The translations under genes were made by a program, and so were the position numbers. This document shows, in pieces, positions 17,514 to 27,084 of a stretch of 34,304 nucleotides of DNA. Under the pieces are notes generated by a model. It saw only the letters and a list, made by a program, of their open reading frames with translations, did no database searches and was not told the DNA's origin. The DNA is from a virus. Its lineage: Duplodnaviria; Caudoviricetes. The stretch spans positions 1 through 34,304 of the IMG/VR virus record IMGVR_UViG_3300017784_005152; one strand, 5' to 3'. Positions within the stretch are counted from its first letter, which is position 1; each line of letters starts with the position of its first letter.

Positions 17514-18199
17514 AAAATATTATACCTGTATTTGTGGGCTACGACCCTAGAGAAGCCATTGCGTATCACACTTGTGTAAACAGTATCATACGCAACAGTT
17601 CGCAACCTGTGGCCATTGTGCCAGTGGCTTTGAATCTGTTCCGAGACTACGCAGAAACACACACCGACGGGTCAAACCATTTTATCTACACACGCTTTCT
17701 TGTGCCACACCTGATGGAGTACACCGGCCATGCTATCTTTATAGATGGTGACATGATTGTGCGTGGAGACATTGCAGAACTCTGGAACTTGCGAGATGTG
17801 TACAAAGATGTACAAGTGGTCAAACACGACTACAAAACTTGTATGCCTGTAAAATACCTGGGAGCACGAAATGAAGACTATCCTCGAAAAAACTGGAGTA
17901 GTGTTATTTTATGGAATTGTAATAGCTTTCCTAACCGAGCTCTTACTCCCGAGTTTGTCCAACGCAGCACCGGCAGTGAACTCCACCGCTTCTCCTGGAT
18001 AGAAGACGATCGCATTGGCGAATTGCCCAAAGAATGGAATTGGTTGCCCGATGAATACGGGCCAAATGCCGACGCCAAGTTACTGCACTACACACTTGGT
18101 ACGCCATGCTTTCAGGAATTTGCTGACACGCCACAAGGCAATGAGTGGCATCGAGAACGCATACTCACTGAATATTGCTTACAACGGAATATAGAATGA
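17510..18199 (+). CDS. GT-A fold glycosyltransferase
   Basis: VFVGYDPRE, RFLVP, FIDGD (DxD), YPRKNWSSV, EWNWL and HYTLGTP. Start moved to ATG 17510. Confidence 0.8.
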   Translation: MKNIIPVFVGYDPREAIAYHTCVNSIIRNSSQPVAIVPVALNLFRDYAETHTDGSNHFIYTRFLVPHLMEYTGHAIFIDGDMIVRGDIAELWNLRDVYKDVQVVKHDYKTCMPVKYLGARNEDYPRKNWSSVILWNCNSFPNRALTPEFVQRSTGSELHRFSWIEDDRIGELPKEWNWLPDEYGPNADAKLLHYTLGTPCFQEFADTPQGNEWHRERILTEYCLQRNIE

Positions 18200-19191
18200 C
18201 CGACCAAGAATTACCGGATGATGACTGGATAGAACCACCAGAACCATTGCCACCACCACCACTGAGCATATTTGATCAAGCACCACCGGACGTGAAAGCA
18301 CTGTTTGAAAACATGCTGAAATACCGTGTGGATCCTGCAGGATCAGTGTATGGGATTACCTTGCCGGTCCTGACACAACAACTGGCTGAATTGCCTGTGA
18401 GCAACATAGTGAGTATAGACAGTGAATACAGATACCAAAGAAAGGGTCACATGTACGATCCCATACTACAAAGTTTTGTGCAAGGTGCCGGCGGCCAAAT
18501 CAGCAACTGGACCAAAGAAGAATTCAACACAACACCGGTTGTGTTACGCGGCATTACCAAGCGCAAACAAATGCAGTCCTGCAAAGATACTGGCAGAGAC
18601 TTTTACTACATTGACACAGGATATTTTGGCAATGGCAAGAAAAAAACATTTCATCGCATAACCAAAAACGATGTACAATGGTTTGGTGACATTGTGAACA
18701 GGCCCGGAGACCGACTGGAAAAAACTGGTGTTCAAATTGCAAAAATGCGAAGAGGCACAAACATCCTGATTGCCCCTCCCAGTCAAAAACTCTTGAACAA
18801 TTATGATATTGTTCTTGAAGAATGGTTGGCCAATGTACAAGCAGAAATCAAACAGTATTCTGACCGACCTATTGTGATTCGTACCAAACAAAGCCGCAGT
18901 ACCAGAATCAATGATGACACCATGGAAATGGCCCTGAGTCAGGATGTACATTGTTTGGTCACGTTCAGCAGTATTGCAGCCGGAGAAGCTTTGTTGTTGG
19001 GTAAACCAGCAATTACACTGGGTCCAAATGCTGCTGGTCCGTTATGCAGTCACAGCATTAGTGAAATTGAAAATCCACATATCCCCACTCTAGATGAGGT
19101 CGATGCCTGGGCACGTCATTTGGCCTATTGTCAGTTTACTGAAATAGAAATGCGTGATGGCACAGCATGGCGTATCTTGAACAATGGTTGA
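18196..19191 (+). CDS. GT-B fold protein resembling capsule-synthesis (KpsC/KpsS-like) transferases
   Basis: YIDTGYF, IVIR, TFSSIAAGEALLLGKP and LAYCQF. Paralogous to 25460-26272. Start moved to ATG 18196. Confidence 0.55.
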   Translation: MTDQELPDDDWIEPPEPLPPPPLSIFDQAPPDVKALFENMLKYRVDPAGSVYGITLPVLTQQLAELPVSNIVSIDSEYRYQRKGHMYDPILQSFVQGAGGQISNWTKEEFNTTPVVLRGITKRKQMQSCKDTGRDFYYIDTGYFGNGKKKTFHRITKNDVQWFGDIVNRPGDRLEKTGVQIAKMRRGTNILIAPPSQKLLNNYDIVLEEWLANVQAEIKQYSDRPIVIRTKQSRSTRINDDTMEMALSQDVHCLVTFSSIAAGEALLLGKPAITLGPNAAGPLCSHSISEIENPHIPTLDEVDAWARHLAYCQFTEIEMRDGTAWRILNNG

Positions 19192-20107
19192 TGTGATTGT
19201 TTATGCATCCAGTGTGGCCAATGCACACAAGCACGAGCGCAAGGTAGCATGCCTTGAAAATTTTGCTCAAGGAGTACAAGCTCTTGGACACAGCGCAATT
19301 GTGGATTGGGACTTCAAGTATCAGCCTGCAAAGCTGGCAGTGATACTGGGTTGGGCCACAACAAACACAGGTGGTAAAAATATCACACTAAGAAAACAAG
19401 TCATTGCTGAACAACAAAAACGTGGGTTCCGTACCATGTGCATTGATGCCAGTTGCTTCAAGTACCTGGACAATACCGGTACATATCTTAGATACAGCTT
19501 GGGCGGTCCGTTTTATGATCGTGCTGAGTATGCCAACCGCAACAGCAGTTCTGACAAGTGGCAAGAAATACAGCAGCATCTGGACATCAAAATGAAACCA
19601 TCTCGAATCCGCGACGGCTATGTTCTAATAGGCATGCAACGCGATGGTGGATTTAGTATGAAAACTCTAAGCCCAATGACCTGGCTGGTTGACAAAATTC
19701 AAGAGCTACGAAAACACACCACAAGAGAGATTGTGATACGGCCACATCCTGGCAAGTTTGACATGGCAGATTTTGCCAAGTTTCAAAGCAAAGAATATGT
19801 TAGACAGCATGTGCGGGTAATAAATCCACTTGAATCAACACTGCGACAAAATTTGCAATCGGCTTATGCAGCAGTATTTTTCAACAGCAGTGCCAGTGTT
19901 GCTGCTGTGCTAGAAGGTGTACCAGTCTGGGTAGATGATGCCAGTGCTGTTACCTGGGCAGTAGCACATCATGACACAAGCACCATTGAAGCACCTCAAC
20001 AGTTTTCCACAGGTCAGTGGATACATGATCTGGCAGCAGCACACTGGAGTGACCAGGATGGCAAAACTGGTCTCATCTATCAAAAGTTCTTGCCCTATCT
20101 CAAATAA
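19184..20107 (+). CDS. GT-B fold protein resembling capsule-synthesis (KpsC/KpsS-like) transferases
   Basis: GMQRDGG, IVIRPHP and FNSSASVAAVLEGVPV. Confidence 0.6.
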   Translation: MVDVIVYASSVANAHKHERKVACLENFAQGVQALGHSAIVDWDFKYQPAKLAVILGWATTNTGGKNITLRKQVIAEQQKRGFRTMCIDASCFKYLDNTGTYLRYSLGGPFYDRAEYANRNSSSDKWQEIQQHLDIKMKPSRIRDGYVLIGMQRDGGFSMKTLSPMTWLVDKIQELRKHTTREIVIRPHPGKFDMADFAKFQSKEYVRQHVRVINPLESTLRQNLQSAYAAVFFNSSASVAAVLEGVPVWVDDASAVTWAVAHHDTSTIEAPQQFSTGQWIHDLAAAHWSDQDGKTGLIYQKFLPYLK

Positions 20108-20110
20108 ACT

Positions 20111-21094
20111 TTATTGTTCAATAAATTTTACAATTGGCTCCACAAGGTCAGTAACAATGCCCTTGGTTGTTACATCTAAATTATAAAACAATTCAAAGTT
20201 GTGTTGGATTTTTGCAAGGGTCACAGCATCATACGGTTGTTTGACATAATTTTCTATGTTGCAAGCAATGATATCTAGTTTCTTTTCTAAATCAGTTTCG
20301 GTATCGTAGGTCTCGTCAAAGAGATTATCAAAAGTTTCAAAGCCTTGAGATTTCAGATATGTCAGTATCCCTGCACCACCCACTACCATGAACGGCTGAC
20401 ATCCAGATATGGGCTTGTATATTTTTTCAGTCAAGAATACCGGAGTCTCTGCATTTAGTCGCTGCCCGTTGAACGATTCAATAACAACACTAAAGCAAGT
20501 GTCGTTATACCACATGGGGGTCTGATCCCATATGTCATAGCGTTTTTGTACTAGTGGTTCTCCGGGCAAAACAGTACCACGCCGCACGTAGCTCCAGTAA
20601 GCATCACCAAGGTAAGGGTCAAGCCGTTTCACAACTTGATCACGCCATTTTCTTTTGGCACCAATTGGCATGAGAAACTTTTTTGTATAATTTCTGTTGG
20701 GTGTGTGAGTGTGGTATCCTTTGGATATGTTAAGCAATGTCTTTGTATATCTTATGAAGTTGGGAACAGATATCAAATTATCCGGGGGATTTTGTACGTA
20801 ACTACCGTACAGAACACAATGTCCAGGCCATTTAATGTTGTAGACTTCCCCCCATTCACCAAAGAACCCTTCTATACATAAATCAACAATCACACGATAG
20901 TTTTCAAAACGTCGAGCCAGGCCAGCATCATACACAGACCCCATGATCAAAAACACTGTGCTGGGATCATAATATTTGTCAGTCCGGTATGGCTCAAAGT
21001 CAAAATATTGTGAGACAATGGGCAAGAAATAAGGCAAGCTACTAAAAGACCACTGCTGCCTGTCAGTTAACACAACCAGTTTATGTTTTTTCAT
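20111..21094 (-). CDS. Putative glycosyltransferase with GT10-like C-terminal motif
   Basis: FSVVIES...FLTEKIYKPI...PFMVVG...LKSQGFETFDNLFDETYD. Confidence 0.55.
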   Translation of the reverse strand: MKKHKLVVLTDRQQWSFSSLPYFLPIVSQYFDFEPYRTDKYYDPSTVFLIMGSVYDAGLARRFENYRVIVDLCIEGFFGEWGEVYNIKWPGHCVLYGSYVQNPPDNLISVPNFIRYTKTLLNISKGYHTHTPNRNYTKKFLMPIGAKRKWRDQVVKRLDPYLGDAYWSYVRRGTVLPGEPLVQKRYDIWDQTPMWYNDTCFSVVIESFNGQRLNAETPVFLTEKIYKPISGCQPFMVVGGAGILTYLKSQGFETFDNLFDETYDTETDLEKKLDIIACNIENYVKQPYDAVTLAKIQHNFELFYNLDVTTKGIVTDLVEPIVKFIEQ

Positions 21095-21103
21095 GATTGC
21101 AGC

Positions 21104-21688
21104 TTATGCAAACAAACAACAAAAGCACCCAGGAGAATCATATACGGTGGACATGTTGAGACGGAAACAACTGCTGTACCCCAGTTTCTCAAATAACTTT
21201 ATCCAGTCCTGGTCAGTTTTGCAGTTGATATGAGTGGGATCTCGACGTGACACTTCTAGATGGAACTGCCCTGGTTGATCAACCACAGCACATGGTATTC
21301 TCACAAGTACTTTATCAAGTCGGAGTTGTTGGAACAATTCAAATATCTGTTGATCAGTCATGTGCTCAAGTACATCCAGGAAAACACCAAGATCAAATGC
21401 GCCTTGCGCTTGCTCTAGTATGTTACATCCGTTTTTACGTGCCTGTTCAACTGCCCATTCAGATATGTCATATCCTGACACATTCTTGAATCCGGCTTTT
21501 TCAAATCCCTTGATCAAGAATCCTAGACTGCACCCGTAATCCAAGATAGTGGAGTTGGAATTGATCACGCTGAATTTGTGAAACACTTGTTGTATCTCTT
21601 CAGCAGTTTTTACGTAACGTTCGCGCTTGGAGAGATAGTCAACGTAGTTGTTGCTACGATAATATGCTTCGTCGAACACCTGACTCAT
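21104..21688 (-). CDS. Class I SAM-dependent methyltransferase
   Basis: ILDYGCSLG, GYDIS, DVLEH and THIN. Confidence 0.9.
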   Translation of the reverse strand: MSQVFDEAYYRSNNYVDYLSKRERYVKTAEEIQQVFHKFSVINSNSTILDYGCSLGFLIKGFEKAGFKNVSGYDISEWAVEQARKNGCNILEQAQGAFDLGVFLDVLEHMTDQQIFELFQQLRLDKVLVRIPCAVVDQPGQFHLEVSRRDPTHINCKTDQDWIKLFEKLGYSSCFRLNMSTVYDSPGCFCCLFA

Positions 21689-22788
21689 GGGAAGTTCCGA
21701 TCTGGCATTTGTTGTGCAACAGTATGTAAAATTTTGTTATTGAACTTGTAGTAGCAGTACTTGCAACTGTCAGTCCAGTTTTGTCCACAGTTGTTTTTGA
21801 CTTCGTATGGATAACCTTTTTCTTCATAGTTCTTGCTTAGTCGTTCCCAGGTGGGTATGATATTATCCACATCGCACAAGGAATAATCCAAGTCATAGTT
21901 TTGTTTGTTTAGCACATGGCTGGTACAGATATACACTTGGTATTTTCCAGTACCGTGCGGGTCTGGTGCAACATACGGACGTATCATGCCCACATAGCAG
22001 CCGTCTTCGAATGGTGAATCATCTTCACCAATGTCTTTGATAAAAATTTTATTTAAGGTATCAATCTCGTCAATCACTTGTTTGAATTGAGTTCTGATTT
22101 GTGCATTGTTGCCTTTGATCAAGCAGTTGCCGGCTATTCTAACAAATTTAAGTTCTGGATGCAATTCCAACACTCGAGCAATGCGACGAATTGTTTCAAC
22201 ATCAGTTGGCCGGTACGGTTTGCCAAGCCTGTTGCCGGTACCAGTGTCACCTTCGTAGATGATGTACGACAGGCCCATTTTCTCTGGAGGAAACCCTGCA
22301 AAGTCAAAATCTTCTGGTTCATAGCCTTCGTCCAGTTTGATCAAACTGACCCTGATCCAATTGATCTTGTCAAAGTTTTCTGGCTTCAGTCTTGACAGCT
22401 TTAATGTATTTGTTATGATACCAATGTCGTAGCCCAGTTCGTGTGCATACTCAACAATGCTGTTGATATCATCTTTGGTGTCTCGGTCGCGATAGATCAG
22501 TGGTTCACCACCACCGGTAATCTCCACACTCTTGGCACCCAGAGTTCGAAAATCACGCAACACCTGTTTGATTTTTTCAAATGGCATGTAGGACTTTAAT
22601 GGACGTTCTGCCACACTACAAAACGGACAACCACTGGAGCAAACCTCACACGGCGATAGTTGAATTGTGATAGGTTTGAATTTCTTATCGTGTTGAATGC
22701 TGTGTAGCACGTCGGTATGTTGCAACAGTTTGTCACCCCAGGTGCTAAATTTTTGTGTCAGCGCAATGTGTTTATTTTTATCCTGCAT
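21685..22788 (-). CDS. Radical SAM protein with C-terminal Cys-rich (SPASM/twitch-like) domain
   Basis: CSSGCPFC, TGGGEP, ITN and RVSL. C-terminal CYVG...YIC...CKYC. Confidence 0.9.
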   Translation of the reverse strand: MQDKNKHIALTQKFSTWGDKLLQHTDVLHSIQHDKKFKPITIQLSPCEVCSSGCPFCSVAERPLKSYMPFEKIKQVLRDFRTLGAKSVEITGGGEPLIYRDRDTKDDINSIVEYAHELGYDIGIITNTLKLSRLKPENFDKINWIRVSLIKLDEGYEPEDFDFAGFPPEKMGLSYIIYEGDTGTGNRLGKPYRPTDVETIRRIARVLELHPELKFVRIAGNCLIKGNNAQIRTQFKQVIDEIDTLNKIFIKDIGEDDSPFEDGCYVGMIRPYVAPDPHGTGKYQVYICTSHVLNKQNYDLDYSLCDVDNIIPTWERLSKNYEEKGYPYEVKNNCGQNWTDSCKYCYYKFNNKILHTVAQQMPDRNFP

Positions 22789-23524
22789 GTTCTATTCCTT
22801 TTCCTGTGTGTGGGTTGGGTGATTGTTTTGAAGTTGACATTTGCCCGATAATCTTTCGGCTTTTCATGACAGGATGTAATCTTGCCACAGACGGTATGCA
22901 TACTTTCACATCCAGTACTATTGTACCCACTTGATTGTCAGTGGCACGAAATCCGTGTTCGTACACATAATCAATTAGTTTTTTTGCACCTTGCGGTTTG
23001 ATAATGTATGCATATACTCCGGTACTGTAGACACCTGCATGTTTTTTACTCTTTAAGGCGTCACTGTATCCGGTTAATTCTGGAATATCAATGATTGGAT
23101 GAACAGTCACTGGTGCCGTCAAGTCTTTTTCTATCACAGCATCATAACCGCCATTGGTTTTCATATAAGGACTAACACAGTCCAGTTTACATATGTCATC
23201 AAATTGTTCAAAAATATCTTTGGGAATTTCTCGCATGAGCCAACCATCGTGCTCAAGCACAAGATATGGTTCGTTGTCTTTGACACAGGCCATCCATAGA
23301 TAAAAGTGGCTTAGAAAGTTGCCATAATGTCCCAGGGTCATTTTGCTTAGTTTTTGTTTGCCCAGTTTGATTTTGAGTTTTTTTAAATGTTGTTCGTAGT
23401 CTCGACCCCAGATGGCTTCAAATATTTCTACATTGATTCCAACCTTGGCTGCTTGCTCTCTACATTCAGCCGACAACTGTTCGGACATTTCATGTCCCAG
23501 CATGGTAATAATAAATGATTTCAT
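22778..23524 (-). CDS. Glycosyltransferase family 25-like
   Basis: FEAIWG, GNFLSHFYLW, LVLEHD and AYIIKPQGAKKL...D. Confidence 0.8.
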   Translation of the reverse strand: MKSFIITMLGHEMSEQLSAECREQAAKVGINVEIFEAIWGRDYEQHLKKLKIKLGKQKLSKMTLGHYGNFLSHFYLWMACVKDNEPYLVLEHDGWLMREIPKDIFEQFDDICKLDCVSPYMKTNGGYDAVIEKDLTAPVTVHPIIDIPELTGYSDALKSKKHAGVYSTGVYAYIIKPQGAKKLIDYVYEHGFRATDNQVGTIVLDVKVCIPSVARLHPVMKSRKIIGQMSTSKQSPNPHTGKGIEHAG

Positions 23525-24174
23525 CGATAAATTGCCTCTACGTATTGATATTTGTCAGTCCAGGAGTTGGGAATGTCGTTCCAGGTAGTATTTAACTGAT
23601 CGTCAAGCCATCCGGGATAGTGTGAACGATCTTTCCACCACCAGAACAAATCACTGCCAGACCAGTCTTTAAAATATCTACGGAAGAATTCTCTAGTTCT
23701 GGGCTCACGAAAGTATGCAGGATTGTACATGGTTTTCTTGCCTTTGGCAGGACGTTGAAAATTCAAGCCAACAAAACAAAACTTATCAGCATATGATTCC
23801 AGTTGTTTTGCAACCCAATCCAGATCATCGTCTGGAATACTGTTTAGAACCTGTGTGCAAATAACACCGTCAAACTTTGTGCCTGCAGGCGGCGGCGTTT
23901 CTAATCCTGCCACACAAGGATCATAACGATACACACTAACGCCCAGGTAAGCATCAAACGTTTGCCAGTTGTGTTCTCCGGCATAGGGCAACGGATCAGT
24001 GTATTGTTGTCCTTTGCCACAGCCATAATCCAGTATGGTTCGCGCACCATAGTGATCCACTAGATCTTTGATACAATTTTGATATTTTACAACATCGTAA
24101 CCGGCCCAGCTTTTGTTGTTTTCCTGAAACTCACGACCTAAACGAACTGATTCTGCATAGTACGCACTTGTCAT
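23521..24174 (-). CDS. Class I SAM-dependent methyltransferase
   Basis: ILDYGCGKG, YDP and FDGVICTQVL. Confidence 0.85.
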   Translation of the reverse strand: MTSAYYAESVRLGREFQENNKSWAGYDVVKYQNCIKDLVDHYGARTILDYGCGKGQQYTDPLPYAGEHNWQTFDAYLGVSVYRYDPCVAGLETPPPAGTKFDGVICTQVLNSIPDDDLDWVAKQLESYADKFCFVGLNFQRPAKGKKTMYNPAYFREPRTREFFRRYFKDWSGSDLFWWWKDRSHYPGWLDDQLNTTWNDIPNSWTDKYQYVEAIYR

Positions 24175-24794
24175 AACAACTTTATCTCTACTGTGGCTCG
24201 TTTTTTACCCCCAGCGTTTGAAACCACATTCACAATCTCAAAACCGTCTACGCCAATGAAATTGGTTGATGTGCCCTTGCATCTAATGTCAAGGATGATT
24301 CTGGTATTCTCATGCAAATGCCGTTTCATAAGATCTATGTATGTGTTTACAGGATAGTGATGACCGCAGCTGAGCCATGATGTGATAACATCAAACTTTA
24401 CATCTGCGGGTATGTTGACGTTGTTGGCATCCACTAGATGGTAGTTCTTTGTGCCTAGCTCTTGCAGTTTTGCATCTAGGAAATCAAATTTGTGATAAAA
24501 CTTTAGTTCACTGGAATCTGTATTCCAGTTACCGTAACTGGCAGACTCTGGTTTGGTAGCGTTGACACCGGCATCGCCGTCAAGCAACCAAAGTTCTGTG
24601 CCATACTTTTCGTTAAACCAGCGGCTTTCCCATGCAAAGCCACACCCAATGTCCAACAATCTCCCAATGGGTTGATTTAGATAAGCATCCACTGTTTCAA
24701 AATTTGCCCGACGTTTATCAATATACACAGGTTTGCACCATTTAACAGCCCAGGCCGCGGAATCTTCAGCACTTTTTTCCTGTTCGTTACTCAT
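24171..24794 (-). CDS. Class I SAM-dependent methyltransferase
   Basis: LLDIGCG, LLDGD and FDVITSWLSCGHHYP. SD ggag. Confidence 0.85.
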   Translation of the reverse strand: MSNEQEKSAEDSAAWAVKWCKPVYIDKRRANFETVDAYLNQPIGRLLDIGCGFAWESRWFNEKYGTELWLLDGDAGVNATKPESASYGNWNTDSSELKFYHKFDFLDAKLQELGTKNYHLVDANNVNIPADVKFDVITSWLSCGHHYPVNTYIDLMKRHLHENTRIILDIRCKGTSTNFIGVDGFEIVNVVSNAGGKKRATVEIKLL

Positions 24795-24819
24795 GTTATT
24801 TCTCCAAATTCATTGTGGT

Positions 24820-25467
24820 TTACCATCCCATGATCCAGTCGTCACGCACTTGATCTAGTTTGACCATGCCCCAGTTTTTCAACAAGTCAACAGCCGCAAA
24901 CTGGCCGTATTGTTTGCTGTAGGCATCATGTGGTTTTTGTTCTATTACCACAACAGGTCTGCAACGTCGAATGGTTTGTTCCGCACCTTGTAGTATGCGA
25001 TACTCATAGCCTTCGCAGTCAATTTTGATATAGTTTATGTCATGCAAGTTCAGATTGTCAAGTCGAACCACTTGCACATCGCCTGCGCCCATGGTGTTGG
25101 GGTCAAGATGACTGTGACCTGAATTGTCTTCGGTAATGATCATGGTTCCCATTGTGTCCTGATCACCCAGCGCAATGGGACGAACTTCAAAATTTGCTCC
25201 TGTTACATTGTGTTCCAGACATTCTCTAAACACAGCAACAGGTTCAAAGGCTATCACACGGCCAAAACTTTTCACAAGATCACGACTCCATAAGCCCACA
25301 TTGGCACCAATGTCTAGGGCCACATCTCGTTGAGTGCATAATTCAATGCTGCGTTGTCGCACAGCAATTTGATATTCAGCTGGTAGACCTTTGTCTACAC
25401 TTTTTTTCAACATTCGTGGCAGATGTGTTTCGAAGTCGGGAAATTGCCATCCATAGTGTTCACGCAT
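24820..25467 (-). CDS. FkbM family methyltransferase
   Basis: LDIGANVG, AFEP, ALGD and IKIDCEGYE...GA...P...IE. SD aaggag. Confidence 0.92.
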   Translation of the reverse strand: MREHYGWQFPDFETHLPRMLKKSVDKGLPAEYQIAVRQRSIELCTQRDVALDIGANVGLWSRDLVKSFGRVIAFEPVAVFRECLEHNVTGANFEVRPIALGDQDTMGTMIITEDNSGHSHLDPNTMGAGDVQVVRLDNLNLHDINYIKIDCEGYEYRILQGAEQTIRRCRPVVVIEQKPHDAYSKQYGQFAAVDLLKNWGMVKLDQVRDDWIMGW

Positions 25468-26272
25468 TTGATAACTCCTTGGTTTGTGCTAGTATTTTAG
25501 CGGCTGTGCCATTGGCCAATTCATCAATGTGAAATTGACCATACGCAAGATGACTGGCCCAGGCATATATTTCGTCAGTGGTGGGATACCACGGATCTTC
25601 AATTTGGCTCAGGTCCGTGTTGCTTACAGGTCGGGCAGCATTGCTGGGTGCCAACACAAACGTTGGTACACCAGTCAGTATGCTTTCTGTTGCGGCCACA
25701 CTGTTGAACACAACCACTGCATGCACATCATCTTGAATGCGTTGTGCAAATGTGTTGTTGGCTCGGAATCTAGGATCAGGATTGCGATCTCTAATGTAAA
25801 CTGGGCGATCAGTATATTTTTCAATCTCGGCCTTGGTATTGGCCAACCATTGAGCCAGTTCGATGTTGTAAAACACACATGGTTTAGCGTCAGGTGCAGC
25901 AATTATGATGGCAGCGCCGTGACGGCGCCGAGGCATGTCTATGCCAAAACGTTCCCATCTATCTCCAGGCCTCCGGACCACTGCGCCGTGTTGTAAATTG
26001 TTGTCCACTATTCTGTGCCAGTGTTTCCATCCACTGGGATTGGCTGCGCTGGGTTTGTTACCAAAGTAACCTGAATCAATGTATCTAAACTGTCGATCAT
26101 CAGTCCAGCATTGTTTGATCAGTTTGTGTTTCATGATACCCCGTATTACCAAGGGATTGGAATCCTGTGTGTAGTCCCAGGTTTCCAGCACAGTGGGCCG
26201 AGCGCCTGATCCATGTGCAAACATGTTGACGTATTCGTCTGTTCCGCGTTTACTGAGATAGGTCCAGGTCAT
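25460..26272 (-). CDS. GT-B fold protein resembling capsule-synthesis (KpsC/KpsS-like) transferases
   Basis: YIDSGYF, VYIR, FNSVAATESILTGVP and LAYGQF. Start moved to ATG 26272 (ATGA overlap). Confidence 0.55.
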   Translation of the reverse strand: MTWTYLSKRGTDEYVNMFAHGSGARPTVLETWDYTQDSNPLVIRGIMKHKLIKQCWTDDRQFRYIDSGYFGNKPSAANPSGWKHWHRIVDNNLQHGAVVRRPGDRWERFGIDMPRRRHGAAIIIAAPDAKPCVFYNIELAQWLANTKAEIEKYTDRPVYIRDRNPDPRFRANNTFAQRIQDDVHAVVVFNSVAATESILTGVPTFVLAPSNAARPVSNTDLSQIEDPWYPTTDEIYAWASHLAYGQFHIDELANGTAAKILAQTKELSNA

Positions 26273-27072
26273 TGCCAATAATTTTCTTTTCGTTGCACCA
26301 CAAGATCACTTCTTCTGCTGCGGCCTTGGTCTTTGCGAGCACCTTTGAGATGATCAATATAGGTGCCCCATTCGCAATTGATCAGTGGATGTCCTTCACC
26401 AGTGATCAACCCTTGGCTCCAGTTCAATTCATGCATGAGAAACTTTATCCTCACGGCATCAAATACAAAACTGTCGTGCCATTCTTTCAGAGTAAAAATT
26501 CCGTTCTCAGCGTCATCGTACATGCGTTGAAACTCTGTTAAAAATTCTTGAGCAACAGGAGAAGTCAAATGCATGCCGTACAATCCGCATTCGCTAAATT
26601 TGTTGGCCCGGCCAGCATAGCAAAGGTCCGCAGAATCAGGAAAAAACTGTTCAAGTTTTGATGTGTTGATGGTGTTGTGACACACCATGTCTGCATCCAT
26701 CCAAATTAACCATTCAGTGCCGCAAGTACGAGCAGCATGAAACACAGCATATACCTTGTGTGCAAATCGCACAGCATTCCATTTGAATCCTTTGCCTGCA
26801 TCCTTGCGTTTGCTGCGTACTGGGTCAGCACTCACATCGCCATTGGCCTTGGGCACGTGGCCCCAGACTCTTTTGAATTCAACCAGTTCAGGACTGGCCT
26901 GTGCCAAATTGACTATTTTTAAATTTGGAGCTTGCTGTGCGACCACAACGTCTTCGGCATACACCAGCAACTGCACGTTCTGAGGCCACGTGGACAAAAA
27001 TGTATCTATCATGCGACTGCCGTATTGTTTATAACCACTGGCATTAAATGTGGTAACTACAGAGTATTTCAT
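26269..27072 (-). CDS. GT-A fold glycosyltransferase
   Basis: VVTTF, RFAHKV, IWMDAD (DxD), EWHDS and HLKG. Confidence 0.75.
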   Translation of the reverse strand: MKYSVVTTFNASGYKQYGSRMIDTFLSTWPQNVQLLVYAEDVVVAQQAPNLKIVNLAQASPELVEFKRVWGHVPKANGDVSADPVRSKRKDAGKGFKWNAVRFAHKVYAVFHAARTCGTEWLIWMDADMVCHNTINTSKLEQFFPDSADLCYAGRANKFSECGLYGMHLTSPVAQEFLTEFQRMYDDAENGIFTLKEWHDSFVFDAVRIKFLMHELNWSQGLITGEGHPLINCEWGTYIDHLKGARKDQGRSRRSDLVVQRKENYWQ

Positions 27073-27078
27073 ATCAGA

Positions 27079-27084
27079 TACTTA
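27079..27084 (-). promoter_or_regulatory. Late-type promoter variant TAAGTA driving the minus-strand block
   Basis: Minus strand reads caTAAGTA-tctgat-ATG(27072), the same 6-nt spacing as the TAAATA boxes. Confidence 0.5.

Noticed and set aside
20101-20130. Recombinase-type inverted repeats bounding the minus-strand block
   Set aside because: Only short AT-rich local symmetry is present. I found no matching repeat at the 27072-27084 end and no invertase in the window.
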